Positions 44,917 to 55,322 of a stretch of DNA of 64,000 nucleotides are shown here, piece by piece. The position numbers were made by a program, and so were the translations under genes. The DNA is from Candidatus Dormiibacterota bacterium. GTDB lineage: Bacteria; Chloroflexota; Dormibacteria; Aeolococcales; Aeolococcaceae. Each line of letters starts with the position of its first letter. The first letter of the stretch is position 1. The notes below the pieces were generated by a model. It did not search any database and had not been told where the DNA came from. It worked only from the letters and a program-made list of their open reading frames with translations. Location of the stretch: contig CAVWRW010000002.1 in NCBI GenBank assembly GCA_963757475.1, positions 133,596-197,595 of the forward strand, in the 5' to 3' direction.

Positions 44917-45463
44917 CCCCGACCTTCCCGACGGCGCCGCGCAGCCCGGTGCATCCCACGCAGCCGATGCAACCGACACAGTCGGTACACGCGACACACG
45001 CGATGCAGCGAGTGCATCGCAGGCACGCGATCGTCAGGATGCAGCGACGGATGGCGGCACTGAAGATGGTTGCGACGCTGCCGGTGACGGCGACGCTGGC
45101 CGCCGTCAGTGCGCTGCCTGCGACCGCGACGCTCAACGACGTCGCGGCGCTGCCCGCAACCGCCGCGGAGGCCGACGTCATGGTCGAACCGGCGACCGCC
45201 GTCGAGTCGCTGGTGACGACCGAGCCGGCGACCGCCGCCGAGCGCCGGGTACCGACGCTGCCGGCGACGGCGGTGCTGTTGACGGTGAGCGCACTGCCGG
45301 CGACCGCGTTGCTCGACCGAGTGTTCACTGACCCGGCAACGGTGTCCCACTCGTCGCCGTCGTGTGCCAGTTCCTGGCGCATCGCCACAATCCGCGCCAC
45401 CGCCGTGGCTGCGATGACGACGAAGCCGGCGCCGATCGCGACCCGCTTTGCCTGGAAGTGCAT
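44903..45463 (-). CDS. Hypothetical membrane-anchored repeat protein (8 x 12-aa VAGSxxTxxSxA plus Cys-every-third tail)
   Basis: ORF track 186 aa; N-terminal hydrophobic helix; clear periodicity. Confidence 0.7.
   Translation of the reverse strand: MHFQAKRVAIGAGFVVIAATAVARIVAMRQELAHDGDEWDTVAGSVNTRSSNAVAGSALTVNSTAVAGSVGTRRSAAVAGSVVTSDSTAVAGSTMTSASAAVAGSAATSLSVAVAGSALTAASVAVTGSVATIFSAAIRRCILTIACLRCTRCIACVACTDCVGCIGCVGCTGLRGAVGKVGVSVR
45053..45340 (-). repeat. Degenerate 36-bp coding tandem repeat, 8 units
   Basis: Recurring GT(C/T)GC(C/A/G)GG(C/G/T)(AG/TC) every 36 nt; encodes the VAGS repeats. Confidence 0.8.
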
Positions 45464-45563
45464 GACCGAGCCAGTCTATGCCGAGTTTGCCGTGGCGTGA
45501 TCGTCGGCCCCGAGTGGCCGCGTCTTGCCGGACTTTGAGGCGCCCGTTAGAGCAGATCAGCCC

Positions 45564-47132
45564 CTATGCCCGCCTCGACGGGAACCTGTCCGCCGTGTCG
45601 GTTTCCAGGTCGAGTCCCACCGGCTCATCCTTGGCCGGTACGCCGTGCGCCTTGGTGCGCAGCGGCACCTCCTTGATGAGGAGTGTCAGCAGGAACGCGA
45701 TCACGAGGATCGGCACTGCCGCGAGGAAGACGACGTGCAGCGACTGCGAAACCGAGTCGATCAGTCCCGTGTGAATTGCCGGTGGCAGGTGCGCGAGGGA
45801 AGCGGGATTGCCTTCGAGCGACGCGGGATTGATGCCGCCCTTGAGTGCGCTTGCGGGCAGGTTCTTGCGCAGATTCGTCGCGAGCTGATTGCTGAAGATC
45901 GCGCCGAAGATCGCGACACCGAACGACGCGCCCATCGATCGAAGGAACGTCGCCGAGCTGGTGCCGACGCCGAGGTCACGCTGCTCGACGGCGTTCTGCA
46001 CGGCAATCACCAGCACCTGCATGACACAGCCGAGGCCGGCGCCGAGCACGACCATGTAGAGCGACAGGAAGAGGCGCGGCGTCTGCGGATCGATCGTTGA
46101 AAGAAGGAAGACGCCCACGGCTGCCAGCGCGGTGCCGACGACCGGGAAGATCTTGTACCGCCCCCTGCGACTGATGAACTGACCGCTGAAGATCGACGCG
46201 ACGAGGAGTCCGGCCATCAACGGAAGGATGTTGAGTTCCGAGCTCGTCGCACTTGCGCCGTCGACGAGCTGGAGGAAGACGGGAAGGAACGTGATCGCGC
46301 CGAACATGGCGAAACCGATGACGAAGCCCACTCCGCTCGCGACGTTGAAGACCTGAATGCGGAAGAGGCGGAATGGAAGGATCGGCTCCGAGACCCGACG
46401 TTCGACCACGACAAAGCCTGCAAGCATCACGACGCCGATGACCGCGAGCCCGATCGTTTGCCACGAGCCCCAGGCGTACGTGGTGCCGCCGAGCGTGGTC
46501 ATGAGGATGAGCGCGGACGCGCCCGCTGCAAGGAAGAACGCGCCGAGCCAGTCGATGCTGTGCGAGATCCGGCGCGTCTGCGTCTTGAGCACGGTCGCCG
46601 TTACGAAGAGCGCGATAGCCGCTATGGGAACGTTGATGTAGAAGATCCAGCGCCACGACACGTCGTCGGTCAGGAATCCACCGAGCACCGGCCCGGCGAC
46701 GCTCGCCAGCGCGAAGACGCCTCCCATGAATCCCTGGTACTTGCCCCGCTCCCGCGGGGGAACGACGTCGCCGATGATCGCCTGCGCTCCGACCATGAGG
46801 CCGCCGGCGCCGATGCCCTGGATCGCCCGAAACGCGATGAGCTCGAGCATGTTCTGGGAAAGACCGGAGAGCATCGAGCCGACGATGAAGATGACGATTG
46901 CCAGCTGGAACAAGGACTTGCGTCCGTAGAGGTCTCCGAGCTTGCCGTAGAGCGGGGTCGACACGGTCGATGCCAGCAGGTACGACGTGACCACCCATGA
47001 GAGCTGGTTGAGGCCGCCGAGGTCGCCGACGATGGTGGGGAGGGAGGTGGCGACAATCGTCTGGTCGAGCGCTGCGAGCAGCATGCCGAGCATGAGGGCA
47101 CCGAGCACCGCGTAGATCTGGCGCTGGGTCAT
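45564..47132 (-). CDS. MFS drug/H+ antiporter (DHA2, EmrB/QacA family)
   Basis: LAALDQTIV, WVVTSYLL, GKLGDLYGRK, FRAIQGIGAG, WRWIFYINVP; about 14 TM. Confidence 0.93.
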   Translation of the reverse strand: MTQRQIYAVLGALMLGMLLAALDQTIVATSLPTIVGDLGGLNQLSWVVTSYLLASTVSTPLYGKLGDLYGRKSLFQLAIVIFIVGSMLSGLSQNMLELIAFRAIQGIGAGGLMVGAQAIIGDVVPPRERGKYQGFMGGVFALASVAGPVLGGFLTDDVSWRWIFYINVPIAAIALFVTATVLKTQTRRISHSIDWLGAFFLAAGASALILMTTLGGTTYAWGSWQTIGLAVIGVVMLAGFVVVERRVSEPILPFRLFRIQVFNVASGVGFVIGFAMFGAITFLPVFLQLVDGASATSSELNILPLMAGLLVASIFSGQFISRRGRYKIFPVVGTALAAVGVFLLSTIDPQTPRLFLSLYMVVLGAGLGCVMQVLVIAVQNAVEQRDLGVGTSSATFLRSMGASFGVAIFGAIFSNQLATNLRKNLPASALKGGINPASLEGNPASLAHLPPAIHTGLIDSVSQSLHVVFLAAVPILVIAFLLTLLIKEVPLRTKAHGVPAKDEPVGLDLETDTADRFPSRRA

Positions 47133-47610
47133 GCGGTTGCCCTCCGGAGCAATGGTTGGGTGCCCTCGTCGGCCGCCGATGCGACGCGTTCCGTGAGCAC
47201 GACGTACGTGCGCAACTCCTCGTCGCTCAATGTGCTGAACAGCTCCTGGGATGCGCGCCGCAGCCCGGTCTTGAATCGCGCCGCGAGCTCCCGGGCTCGC
47301 TCAGTCGGGACGACATGCTGCACGCGTCGATCCTGCAGATCGCGAACCCGGGTGACGAGCTGGCGTCGCTCGAGGCGGTCGACGAGTTGCGTGGCGCCGC
47401 TGAGGCCGATTCCCTGTGCCGCGGCGACGTCCCGCATCGTCATGCCGTCGCCGAGCAGCAGACGGCGCACCACCTCCATCTGATGGACGGTGATCGTCCC
47501 GACCTCGGCGAACTCGCTCTGCAGGCTCGGGGACACACTTCGAGGAAACGGCGCCGCAGATCGGCCTGGGCAGTTTCGAGCCGCTCCAGCAGCTCAGCGC
47601 GTTGCTTCAT
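47129..47610 (-). CDS. MarR family regulator (one indel near 47537)
   Basis: TMRDVAAAQGIGLSGATQLVDRLERRQLVTRVRDLQDRR; an upstream ATG at 47610 gives MKQRAELLERLE. Confidence 0.88.
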
Positions 47611-47617
47611 GCCACTG

Positions 47618-47638
47618 ATTATACATCACATGAAGTAT
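47618..47638 (-). promoter_or_regulatory. TATAAT -10 box with overlapping imperfect palindrome (candidate MarR operator)
   Basis: TATAAT 47618-47623, 7 nt before ATG; ATACATCACATGAAGTAT (47621-47638) matches its reverse complement at 14/18. Confidence 0.65.
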
Positions 47639-47763
47639 TTTGCGCCACCCTCAGCGAGCGAGTTTCCGACTGGACGGATGCCGGCTGGGATCGGCTATAA
47701 GTCGTGTTCGAGATTGACGGCTCTGACGGCGTCGTCGGAGATTGATGCGCGGGAGGCAGCGCC

Positions 47764-47886
47764 ATGGCAAACCCGATCGTTCACTTCGAGATCATCGGCA
47801 AGGACGCCAATGTCACGACGCTGGCGATGTTCGCGGATCCGGACGGCAACGTCATCGGACTCACCACGGGCACGAGCTCGTCGTAG
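47764..47886 (+). pseudogene. Internally deleted VOC/glyoxalase remnant, or a 40-aa mini-protein
   Basis: GGGAGG-N7-ATG; MANPIVHFEIIGKDA (VOC N-terminus) joined almost directly to LAMFADPDGNVIGL (VOC C-terminus). Confidence 0.65.
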
Positions 47887-47914
47887 TGCCGCCGCTGCGT
47901 GCGCGGCGCGCCCG

Positions 47915-49374
<1,460 letters not shown>

Positions 49375-49378
<4 letters not shown>

Positions 49379-49923
49379 CCCCCGGTGATCTCCTTGTAGA
49401 AGAACGTCGTCGCGCACGGCCGTCCGTCGGGGAAGAGCGCGAATCCCGGAACAACGCCAACGCGTGTCCACCCAAGGCGGGTGTAGAGACGCTCGGCATC
49501 ACCCCCGGTGACGGTGTCGAGGACGAGCAGCGTCTTGCCCACCGCGCGCGCCTCGGTTTCGGCACGCTCCATGAGCGAGCGCGCGATTCCCTTTCTGCGC
49601 GCGGCGCGGCTCACGAGCAGCTTTGCGATCTCGGCGCGGTGTGGCTGATTCGGCGGCAGCGCAACGACCAACTGGACGCTGCCGACGATGACACCGTCGA
49701 GAAACGCGACGAGCAGCAGGCGGCGACCCTGCTCGACCGCGGTGATCATGCCGTCGAATGCCTGGCGGGCCGCTTCGTGGGAAAACGGCGCCATGTAGTT
49801 GACCGACGCACCGCCGGCGACACAGTCGGCGAGCACAGCCGCGAGTTCGTCGACATGCGTGCGTCCCTCCGCACCGTGCAGGAGGCGAATCTCGACGCGT
49901 CCGGACGCCGGCATCTCCATCAT
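49375..49923 (-). CDS. GNAT acetyltransferase (tabtoxin-resistance acetyltransferase-like)
   Basis: DCVAGGASVNY, PNQPHRAEIAKLLV, RRKGIARSLM, LVLDTVTG, LYTRLGW. Confidence 0.88.
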
Positions 49924-49994
49924 TTCCGGAAAGGTGGACACCGTCGAGAGCATGCCAGCACAGGTGGTGCAGCCGCAGTGCGAGACTCCGCCGC

Positions 49995-50715
49995 ATGGAC
50001 GTCGACCAGGAGATCGCGAGGGTCCGGAGTGAGGGCGAAGCCCTTGCGCACGCCGCAGAAGCAGGACCATTCGACGCCCCTGTCCCGGGATGTCCCGGGT
50101 GGGACGTCGAGGCATTGCTGCGACACATCGGCGATGTGCACCGCTGGGCCGCAACGATCGTCGGTGAGCGGATTCCCGAGCGTCTGCAACGCGATTTCGC
50201 AGGACCCGCCGACCCTGACGCGTTGCTCGTCTGGTATCTCGAGGGGTGCGTCGCGCTGGTCGACGTGCTCGAAGCCGCATCGCCGGACGAACTCGTACTG
50301 GTTCTGGGGACCCGCGCCCAACGCATTGGCCTTCTGGGCACGCCGACAGGCGAACGAGACGACCATCCACCGCTGCGACGCCGAGTCGGCGCGCGGTCAG
50401 ATCACGCCGTTGACGACGGTCGACGCAGTCGATGCACTCGATGAATGGATTGGCCTGGCAACGCGCCGCGCCAAAGCACCCGAGGGCGAGGGCCGGATCC
50501 TTCGGCTCGCACCGCTGGACGCGAACGCGACATGGAGCGTGATCCTCGGCGATCGAGTCGAGGTGACGAGCGACCGTGGGCGCGGCCATTGCGAGCTTCG
50601 CGGCCCGGCGTCGGACCTCTACCTCTGGTCGATGAACCGGCGTGGCACCGATGGGCTGACCGTTACCGGCGACGAGACGTTGCTCGACATATGGGCGGAC
50701 AACATCAAATTCTGA
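49995..50715 (+). CDS. Maleylpyruvate isomerase family (MDMPI, DinB superfamily) enzyme, one indel
   Basis: VPGCPGWDV..LLRHIGDVHRW; WARRQANETTIHRCDA; ASDLYLWSMNR. Confidence 0.85.
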
Positions 50716-51311
50716 TGGGCAGCGAGTCAAGCGAGGCGCCGAGTTCCGGGGAAATCCGTATGCGAGCCGTCACCATCGGCGAGCCTGTACGCCTGGATGG
50801 GGTCATCGCGCTCAGTGCGTATGACCCGCAATGGCCGGTGCAGTACGAGATCGAGGCGGAGCGGGTGCGCGCTGTGCTGGGACCTCGCGCGTTGCGCGTT
50901 GAGCATGTCGGATCGACGTCCGTGCCGGGGCTCATCGCAAAACCGATCATCGACATGCTGCTCGTCGTCGCCGACTCGTCGGCTGAGGCCGACTACGTAC
51001 CGCCGATGGAAGACGCCGGCTACACGCTGCGGATTCGTGAGCCGGACTGGTACGAGCACCGGCTCTTCAAAGGCCCGACCGCGAACATCAATTTGCACGT
51101 CTTCTCCGCCGGCTGTCCGGAGATCCCCCGGATGATCGACTTCCGCAACCACCTTCGTGCTGACAGCGATGACCGCGAGCTCTATCAGCGGACCAAGCAG
51201 GAGCTTGCCGCGCGCCAGTGGCACTACGTGCAGGAATACGCCGACGCCAAAACTGAGGTCATCGAGGCGATCGTGGCGAGGGCTAGCCGGCCTGCGTCCG
51301 CCGCTCAGTGA
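50715..51311 (+). CDS. GrpB (UPF0157) family protein
   Basis: YDPQWP, EHVGSTSVPGLIAKPIID, NLHV, FRNHLR, YQRTK, YADAKT. Confidence 0.9.
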   Translation: MGSESSEAPSSGEIRMRAVTIGEPVRLDGVIALSAYDPQWPVQYEIEAERVRAVLGPRALRVEHVGSTSVPGLIAKPIIDMLLVVADSSAEADYVPPMEDAGYTLRIREPDWYEHRLFKGPTANINLHVFSAGCPEIPRMIDFRNHLRADSDDRELYQRTKQELAARQWHYVQEYADAKTEVIEAIVARASRPASAAQ

Positions 51312-52194
51312 CTGCCTGGATCTCCTCGAGCCCGTAGAGGAAATGCGCCCGGCGCACCTCATCGAGCGCCGCCTCGTCGACCGCGCTGCGCTGCGGCGCC
51401 GCGACGCCCGGTCCGGCCGATTCCGCGGAACGCGCGACCAGTTGCGCGTCGGCGGCGTCGACGCCGCCGCCCATGGGCATGTAGCCGAGGCCGTCGTCGT
51501 CCGCCGCCTTCATCATCCAGCGCGCGACGGCCGCGCCGATCGGCGCGAGCACTTCCTGGTCGAGCCAGCGCAGATCGGCCTCGGTCGGCTCGCTCAGCTC
51601 GCGGTTCCAGGGCGGCGGGACGACGTTGACGTCGTGGCCGTTGACCTGGATGTGGATCTCCGTCGGTCGTGCTTCATCGGAGCTGATGCAGACGCGCAAG
51701 GAGATGTTGGTGGGCGAGAGCGTCTTCCACTGCTTCTCCCAGACGCGGCTGTGCGCGACGGGGTTGAACTTGCGCCGGACCGGCTCGGCGACGAGCATCT
51801 CGCCATGCAGCGCGCAGTACACGTTGAGCGTCGCGATGACCTCGTCTGCCGCCGCCGACGAGATCCACTGCAGGATCGGGACTGTCCGGCTGTCGATATC
51901 CGGATGCGACGCAGCGCCGAACTCCCATTCCAGGGCCTGCATCGCATGTGCGTGGAGCGCGCAGTAGATCTGCCCTTCGACGACGTTGCGGTCGGCAGGG
52001 CACCACGCCGTCTTGCAGCGCCGGCCCCGCCGATCGACGTAACTGCACGGCATGCCCGCAAGCGACGAGCAGCGCAACGCCGAGCAGGCCTGATTGCCGG
52101 CGACCGTCTCGGGGTTGCGCCCCGCGGTGCTGAGCGAGCGAAAAGCGACGTCGCCCGGGGAAGGGTGCGATGTGCCTTTTCGCGACCCGATCAT
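51283..52194 (-). CDS. Hypothetical protein with a Cys/His zinc-finger-like motif
   Basis: 303-aa ORF; CSALRC...CSYVDRRGRRCKTAWC...YCALH; no family recognised. Confidence 0.6.
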   Translation of the reverse strand: MIGSRKGTSHPSPGDVAFRSLSTAGRNPETVAGNQACSALRCSSLAGMPCSYVDRRGRRCKTAWCPADRNVVEGQIYCALHAHAMQALEWEFGAASHPDIDSRTVPILQWISSAAADEVIATLNVYCALHGEMLVAEPVRRKFNPVAHSRVWEKQWKTLSPTNISLRVCISSDEARPTEIHIQVNGHDVNVVPPPWNRELSEPTEADLRWLDQEVLAPIGAAVARWMMKAADDDGLGYMPMGGGVDAADAQLVARSAESAGPGVAAPQRSAVDEAALDEVRRAHFLYGLEEIQAVTERRTQAG

Positions 52195-52345
52195 GGTGTG
52201 AACCTACTGCGTGATGGCTCGGCCCGCTTCGTACGCCAATGCTATGCGGCGGCAATCCTTCCTTATGACAAGCGCGTAACAACCGGAGTAGCGCCGTTGT
52301 CCGGTCGTCGGATCCGCAGTGGCCCGGTCCGACATGCCTGTCACA

Positions 52346-53575
52346 TCAGGGGTCGTCATCTGGCAGGGGTATCGGAGCTTCAGCGTGCTCGTGAGCGTGG
52401 TCGTGGTCGTGCTCCGCCGATGCGGTCTCGCGGGTGGACCGGCGTTTGGCGGTCAGCTTGCGAATCCGAACGAACTCGGCGGATGGCTCGCGGTGCGGCG
52501 GACGCTCCGGTGGCTGCAGTCGCGGAGGCAGGTTGCGCCGGGGGCCGCCCCAGAGCACAGGGGGAGCATTGACCGCGTCAGCGAGGCGATATGCCACCGA
52601 TTCGTAGTTGACGCGCCAGCCGCGGAAGTGAATCCACGAGCTCTCCGCGTCGCGCTCCATCGGCCACCCGGCGTTGGTGAGGTGCTCGAGCGCGTCCTGG
52701 AAGTTCTCCTCGGTGAGCTGGATTGGATCCTCGGGCAGCGGGTCGTTGTTGAACGTCAGCCCCACAACGCGGGCAAGGTCGCGCAGGCACACATAGCCCA
52801 TGCGCAGGAACGCCCGAGCCTCCGACGGCGCCTCGAGCGGCCGTGTGGCCTGCTGGATCGCGGCGGCGTCGAGCACCGCCAGCAACGCGATGACCCACGA
52901 GCGGTAGGGGTGCGGCGAACGGAACCAGAGCAGCACCGGGTAGGACGAGTGGGTCTCTGCGACGTCGGCAGCCCACGCTTCCCACTGCTGGTAGAGGAGG
53001 CCCAGGTTGTGGACGTTGTCGACCAATTCACTCCGAGCAAGGAGCTCCGGGCCCCACGCCGGCGAACCCGCACGGCTGTCGAGCATCGTCACGAGCAGCT
53101 CGCGGCGGTTGAACGCTCCGTACAGGACAGGGAGATAGGCGATCTGCAGCGCGACGATGGTGAGCCCAGCGGCCGCCGCGCAGAAGACGATGAGTCGCGG
53201 CGCAACGCCGGGCTCCGAATCGAAGCCGAGGGTGAAGATGGACGAGCCGCTCACCGTGAGCGCGTGCGCGAACCCGCCGCTGTGCATGAACGGCCAGAGC
53301 ATGAGCGCGAAGCCAATGAGCAGCGCGGTCAACCACGTCGCCAGGATCACGATCAGATAGAGCGGTGCCTGGAGCGCAAGAAACCGGTCGCGCGCCTCGT
53401 AGGTGTCGAGTGTATGGGAGATGCGCGAGAAGATCTGGATCATGCTGCGTCCGACGAGGAGTTGGATCTTCGACGATCCGAGTCGCGGCAAGACCAGCGA
53501 GGTGACAACGCTCATCAGCGTGGAGAGCACGATGACCAGCCCCACCACGGCTGCGATCCACTCGATGACCGTCAT
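52346..53575 (-). CDS. Membrane protein with an ion-channel-like pore segment
   Basis: TM-pore-TM arrangement with ALTVSGSSIFTLGFD; long soluble C-terminus. Confidence 0.6.
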   Translation of the reverse strand: MTVIEWIAAVVGLVIVLSTLMSVVTSLVLPRLGSSKIQLLVGRSMIQIFSRISHTLDTYEARDRFLALQAPLYLIVILATWLTALLIGFALMLWPFMHSGGFAHALTVSGSSIFTLGFDSEPGVAPRLIVFCAAAAGLTIVALQIAYLPVLYGAFNRRELLVTMLDSRAGSPAWGPELLARSELVDNVHNLGLLYQQWEAWAADVAETHSSYPVLLWFRSPHPYRSWVIALLAVLDAAAIQQATRPLEAPSEARAFLRMGYVCLRDLARVVGLTFNNDPLPEDPIQLTEENFQDALEHLTNAGWPMERDAESSWIHFRGWRVNYESVAYRLADAVNAPPVLWGGPRRNLPPRLQPPERPPHREPSAEFVRIRKLTAKRRSTRETASAEHDHDHAHEHAEAPIPLPDDDP

Positions 53576-53649
53576 CCGCGCATCATCGCCGAACGCCCGC
53601 CTCGCGAGGAGGCAGGCGCCGGCTGTCGCTGATGCCTAAGACGAGGCGG

Positions 53650-54348
53650 CTACCACTCCACCCAATCGCCGGGGGCGGTCCGCCACACGGAGGTCTCGGG
53701 CGCACCGGCGAAGACCGGTCCGAAATGCTCGAAGCCGAGCGAGAGGTCGTAGTACTCGTTCATCCGGTCGGCGTCCATCCAGGTGTCGACACCGATGATC
53801 TCGTTGGTTGCCGCCTCACCGGGGTTCGGGAGTCGCAACCAGGTGGTATGGCTCACGATTCCATACGAACGCGCGGTGTTGATCGTCGTCCCCGCATAGT
53901 CGGTGAATGCCTTAGCCGCATCGTCGACGGACGTGACGGAGACCTGGATGAGTCCGACGGCGGTAGTGGTGCGACCGGCAGGCACGGGGAGGGAGAAGCC
54001 ACCGAATCCGTGCAGCAGCGACCAGACGATCCCGTCGCGAATCGAGAACAGCTGCCCGGCCGCCTCCTGGACATGCGGGTTCGCGAAGAAATTGCCGAGC
54101 CCGGAGAGGCTGTTCCAGCGATCGATGAACAACAGCTGTCCAGCGATCTCCTTGTTGATGGGCGCGAACACGTTGTGGCTCAGGTCGCCGAGCGCGCGAG
54201 CACCGGCGGCACTTTCGGGTGCCCCCGCGGTCGCGTTGTGGACCGTGCGCGCTTCCTCGAGCGTCGGTGCGTTCGCTGCGCCACGCACGGTAAGCAGGTA
54301 CGTGGTCGCGCCCGCGTCGGGCGGGTATGTCGCGGCGTCGTCGGGCAT
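53650..54348 (-). CDS. Hypothetical protein, probable duplicated dimeric alpha+beta barrel (ABM/EthD-like)
   Basis: AAGGAG-N7-ATG 54348; two similar halves (SHNVF...LLFIDRWNS and SHTTW...IIGVDTWMD). Confidence 0.55.
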   Translation of the reverse strand: MPDDAATYPPDAGATTYLLTVRGAANAPTLEEARTVHNATAGAPESAAGARALGDLSHNVFAPINKEIAGQLLFIDRWNSLSGLGNFFANPHVQEAAGQLFSIRDGIVWSLLHGFGGFSLPVPAGRTTTAVGLIQVSVTSVDDAAKAFTDYAGTTINTARSYGIVSHTTWLRLPNPGEAATNEIIGVDTWMDADRMNEYYDLSLGFEHFGPVFAGAPETSVWRTAPGDWVEW

Positions 54349-54397
54349 TTCCATTCTCCTCTTGGTCTGTCTGGACCTACTCAGACGACGAACCGAA

Positions 54398-54415
54398 GGT
54401 GTCGATATCGACACC
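54398..54415. promoter_or_regulatory. Perfect 18-bp palindrome in a divergent intergenic region
   Basis: GGTGTCGATATCGACACC, followed closely by TAGGAT (-10-like) on the plus strand. Confidence 0.6.
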
Positions 54416-54474
54416 GGTAGGATTCCGATGTGGGATCCGCACAACGTTAGCGCCATGAACCGGAGGAGGAACCA

Positions 54475-54945
54475 ATGCAGCGAGACGAGCTGATGCGTCG
54501 CTACGAAGAAGGCCCCGAACGCCTCGCAGCGGCGGTTCGAGATCTGTTGGACGCGGAGCTCGACTACCGCCCAGCCGATGACGGATGGTCGGCGCGCGAG
54601 GTCGTGCATCACACCGCCGACAGTGAGCTCACGTCGGCGATACGGCTGCGCAAGCTGCTTGCCGAGGATCACGCGCGCATCGAGGGATACGACGAGATGG
54701 AGTTCTCGCGGCGGCTGCACTATCGCGAACGTCCGATCGCGAGCTCTCTCGCCGCCGTGCGCGCGGCTCGCGAATCATCCGCGACGATCCTGGCGTGTCT
54801 CAGCGACGGCGAGTGGGAACGCGCCGGGGTTCACAGCGAGAGTGGCCCCTACTCGGTCACCACATGGCTTGAGATCTACGCGGCGCACTGCCACGACCAT
54901 GCCGATCAGATCGACCGCGCGGTCGATGAGTCGAGGCGAAAGTAG
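54475..54945 (+). CDS. DinB family protein (thiol S-transferase superfamily)
   Basis: WSAREVVHHTADSE and AAHCHDH metal triad; strong GGAGG. Confidence 0.88.
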   Translation: MQRDELMRRYEEGPERLAAAVRDLLDAELDYRPADDGWSAREVVHHTADSELTSAIRLRKLLAEDHARIEGYDEMEFSRRLHYRERPIASSLAAVRAARESSATILACLSDGEWERAGVHSESGPYSVTTWLEIYAAHCHDHADQIDRAVDESRRK

Positions 54946-54959
54946 GCTGCCCGCGGCCC

Positions 54960-55274
54960 TCAGCTGATGTCGGTGATATAGGCCCCGACGAGCGTCGCCT
55001 TCTGCTGGTTGACGCCGCCGTCGCGGCGCGTCTCATGACCGTCCTGGAAGTGCGCAAACGCGGCGGTTGACGAGATCGGATTCACCTCGTCGTCGCCGTG
55101 GTCATGAAACGACACATGGACGAAAGACCCGTCCTCGAGGCGAAGGACGATGTAGCTGACGTTGTCCGGCTTGTTCGCCTCGAGTTCGGCGAAGACACCT
55201 TCCACCCGGTGCTGATTCTCGTCAGCAGCGTCGGTGGACTTCGTTGCGTATTGGGTGACCAGTCGCTTCTGCAT
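54960..55274 (-). CDS. Small ABM-like hypothetical protein
   Basis: QYATK...DENQHRVEGVFAEL...YIVLRLEDGSFVH...AFAHFQ; about 104 aa. Confidence 0.6.
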   Translation of the reverse strand: MQKRLVTQYATKSTDAADENQHRVEGVFAELEANKPDNVSYIVLRLEDGSFVHVSFHDHGDDEVNPISSTAAFAHFQDGHETRRDGGVNQQKATLVGAYITDIS

Positions 55275-55322
55275 CGGGGCCTCGTTTTTGTTGTCCGTGA
55301 GCGCTGCCGATAGACTACGCGC

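Noticed and set aside
45053-45340. 36-bp periodicity resembling a CRISPR array
   Set aside because: Units are contiguous, degenerate at third codon positions and lack unique spacers; no cas genes; it is a coding repeat.
44820-45500. Plus-strand 226-aa ORF with LPATA repeats
   Set aside because: In-register antisense shadow of the minus-strand protein; it overlaps ilvD and lacks start signals or a membrane anchor.
47156-47914. Long N-terminal extensions in ORFs 47156..49378, 49375..50730, 23190..24914, 25224..26408, 25966..27315 and 53650..54720
   Set aside because: Produced by stop-poor GC-rich frames overlapping other genes; real starts lie downstream.
52195-52345. Possible riboswitch (e.g. 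c-di-GMP) in this intergenic region
   Set aside because: Only a weak hairpin (ACAACCGG...CCGTTGT); no recognisable aptamer consensus; an Rfam scan would be needed.
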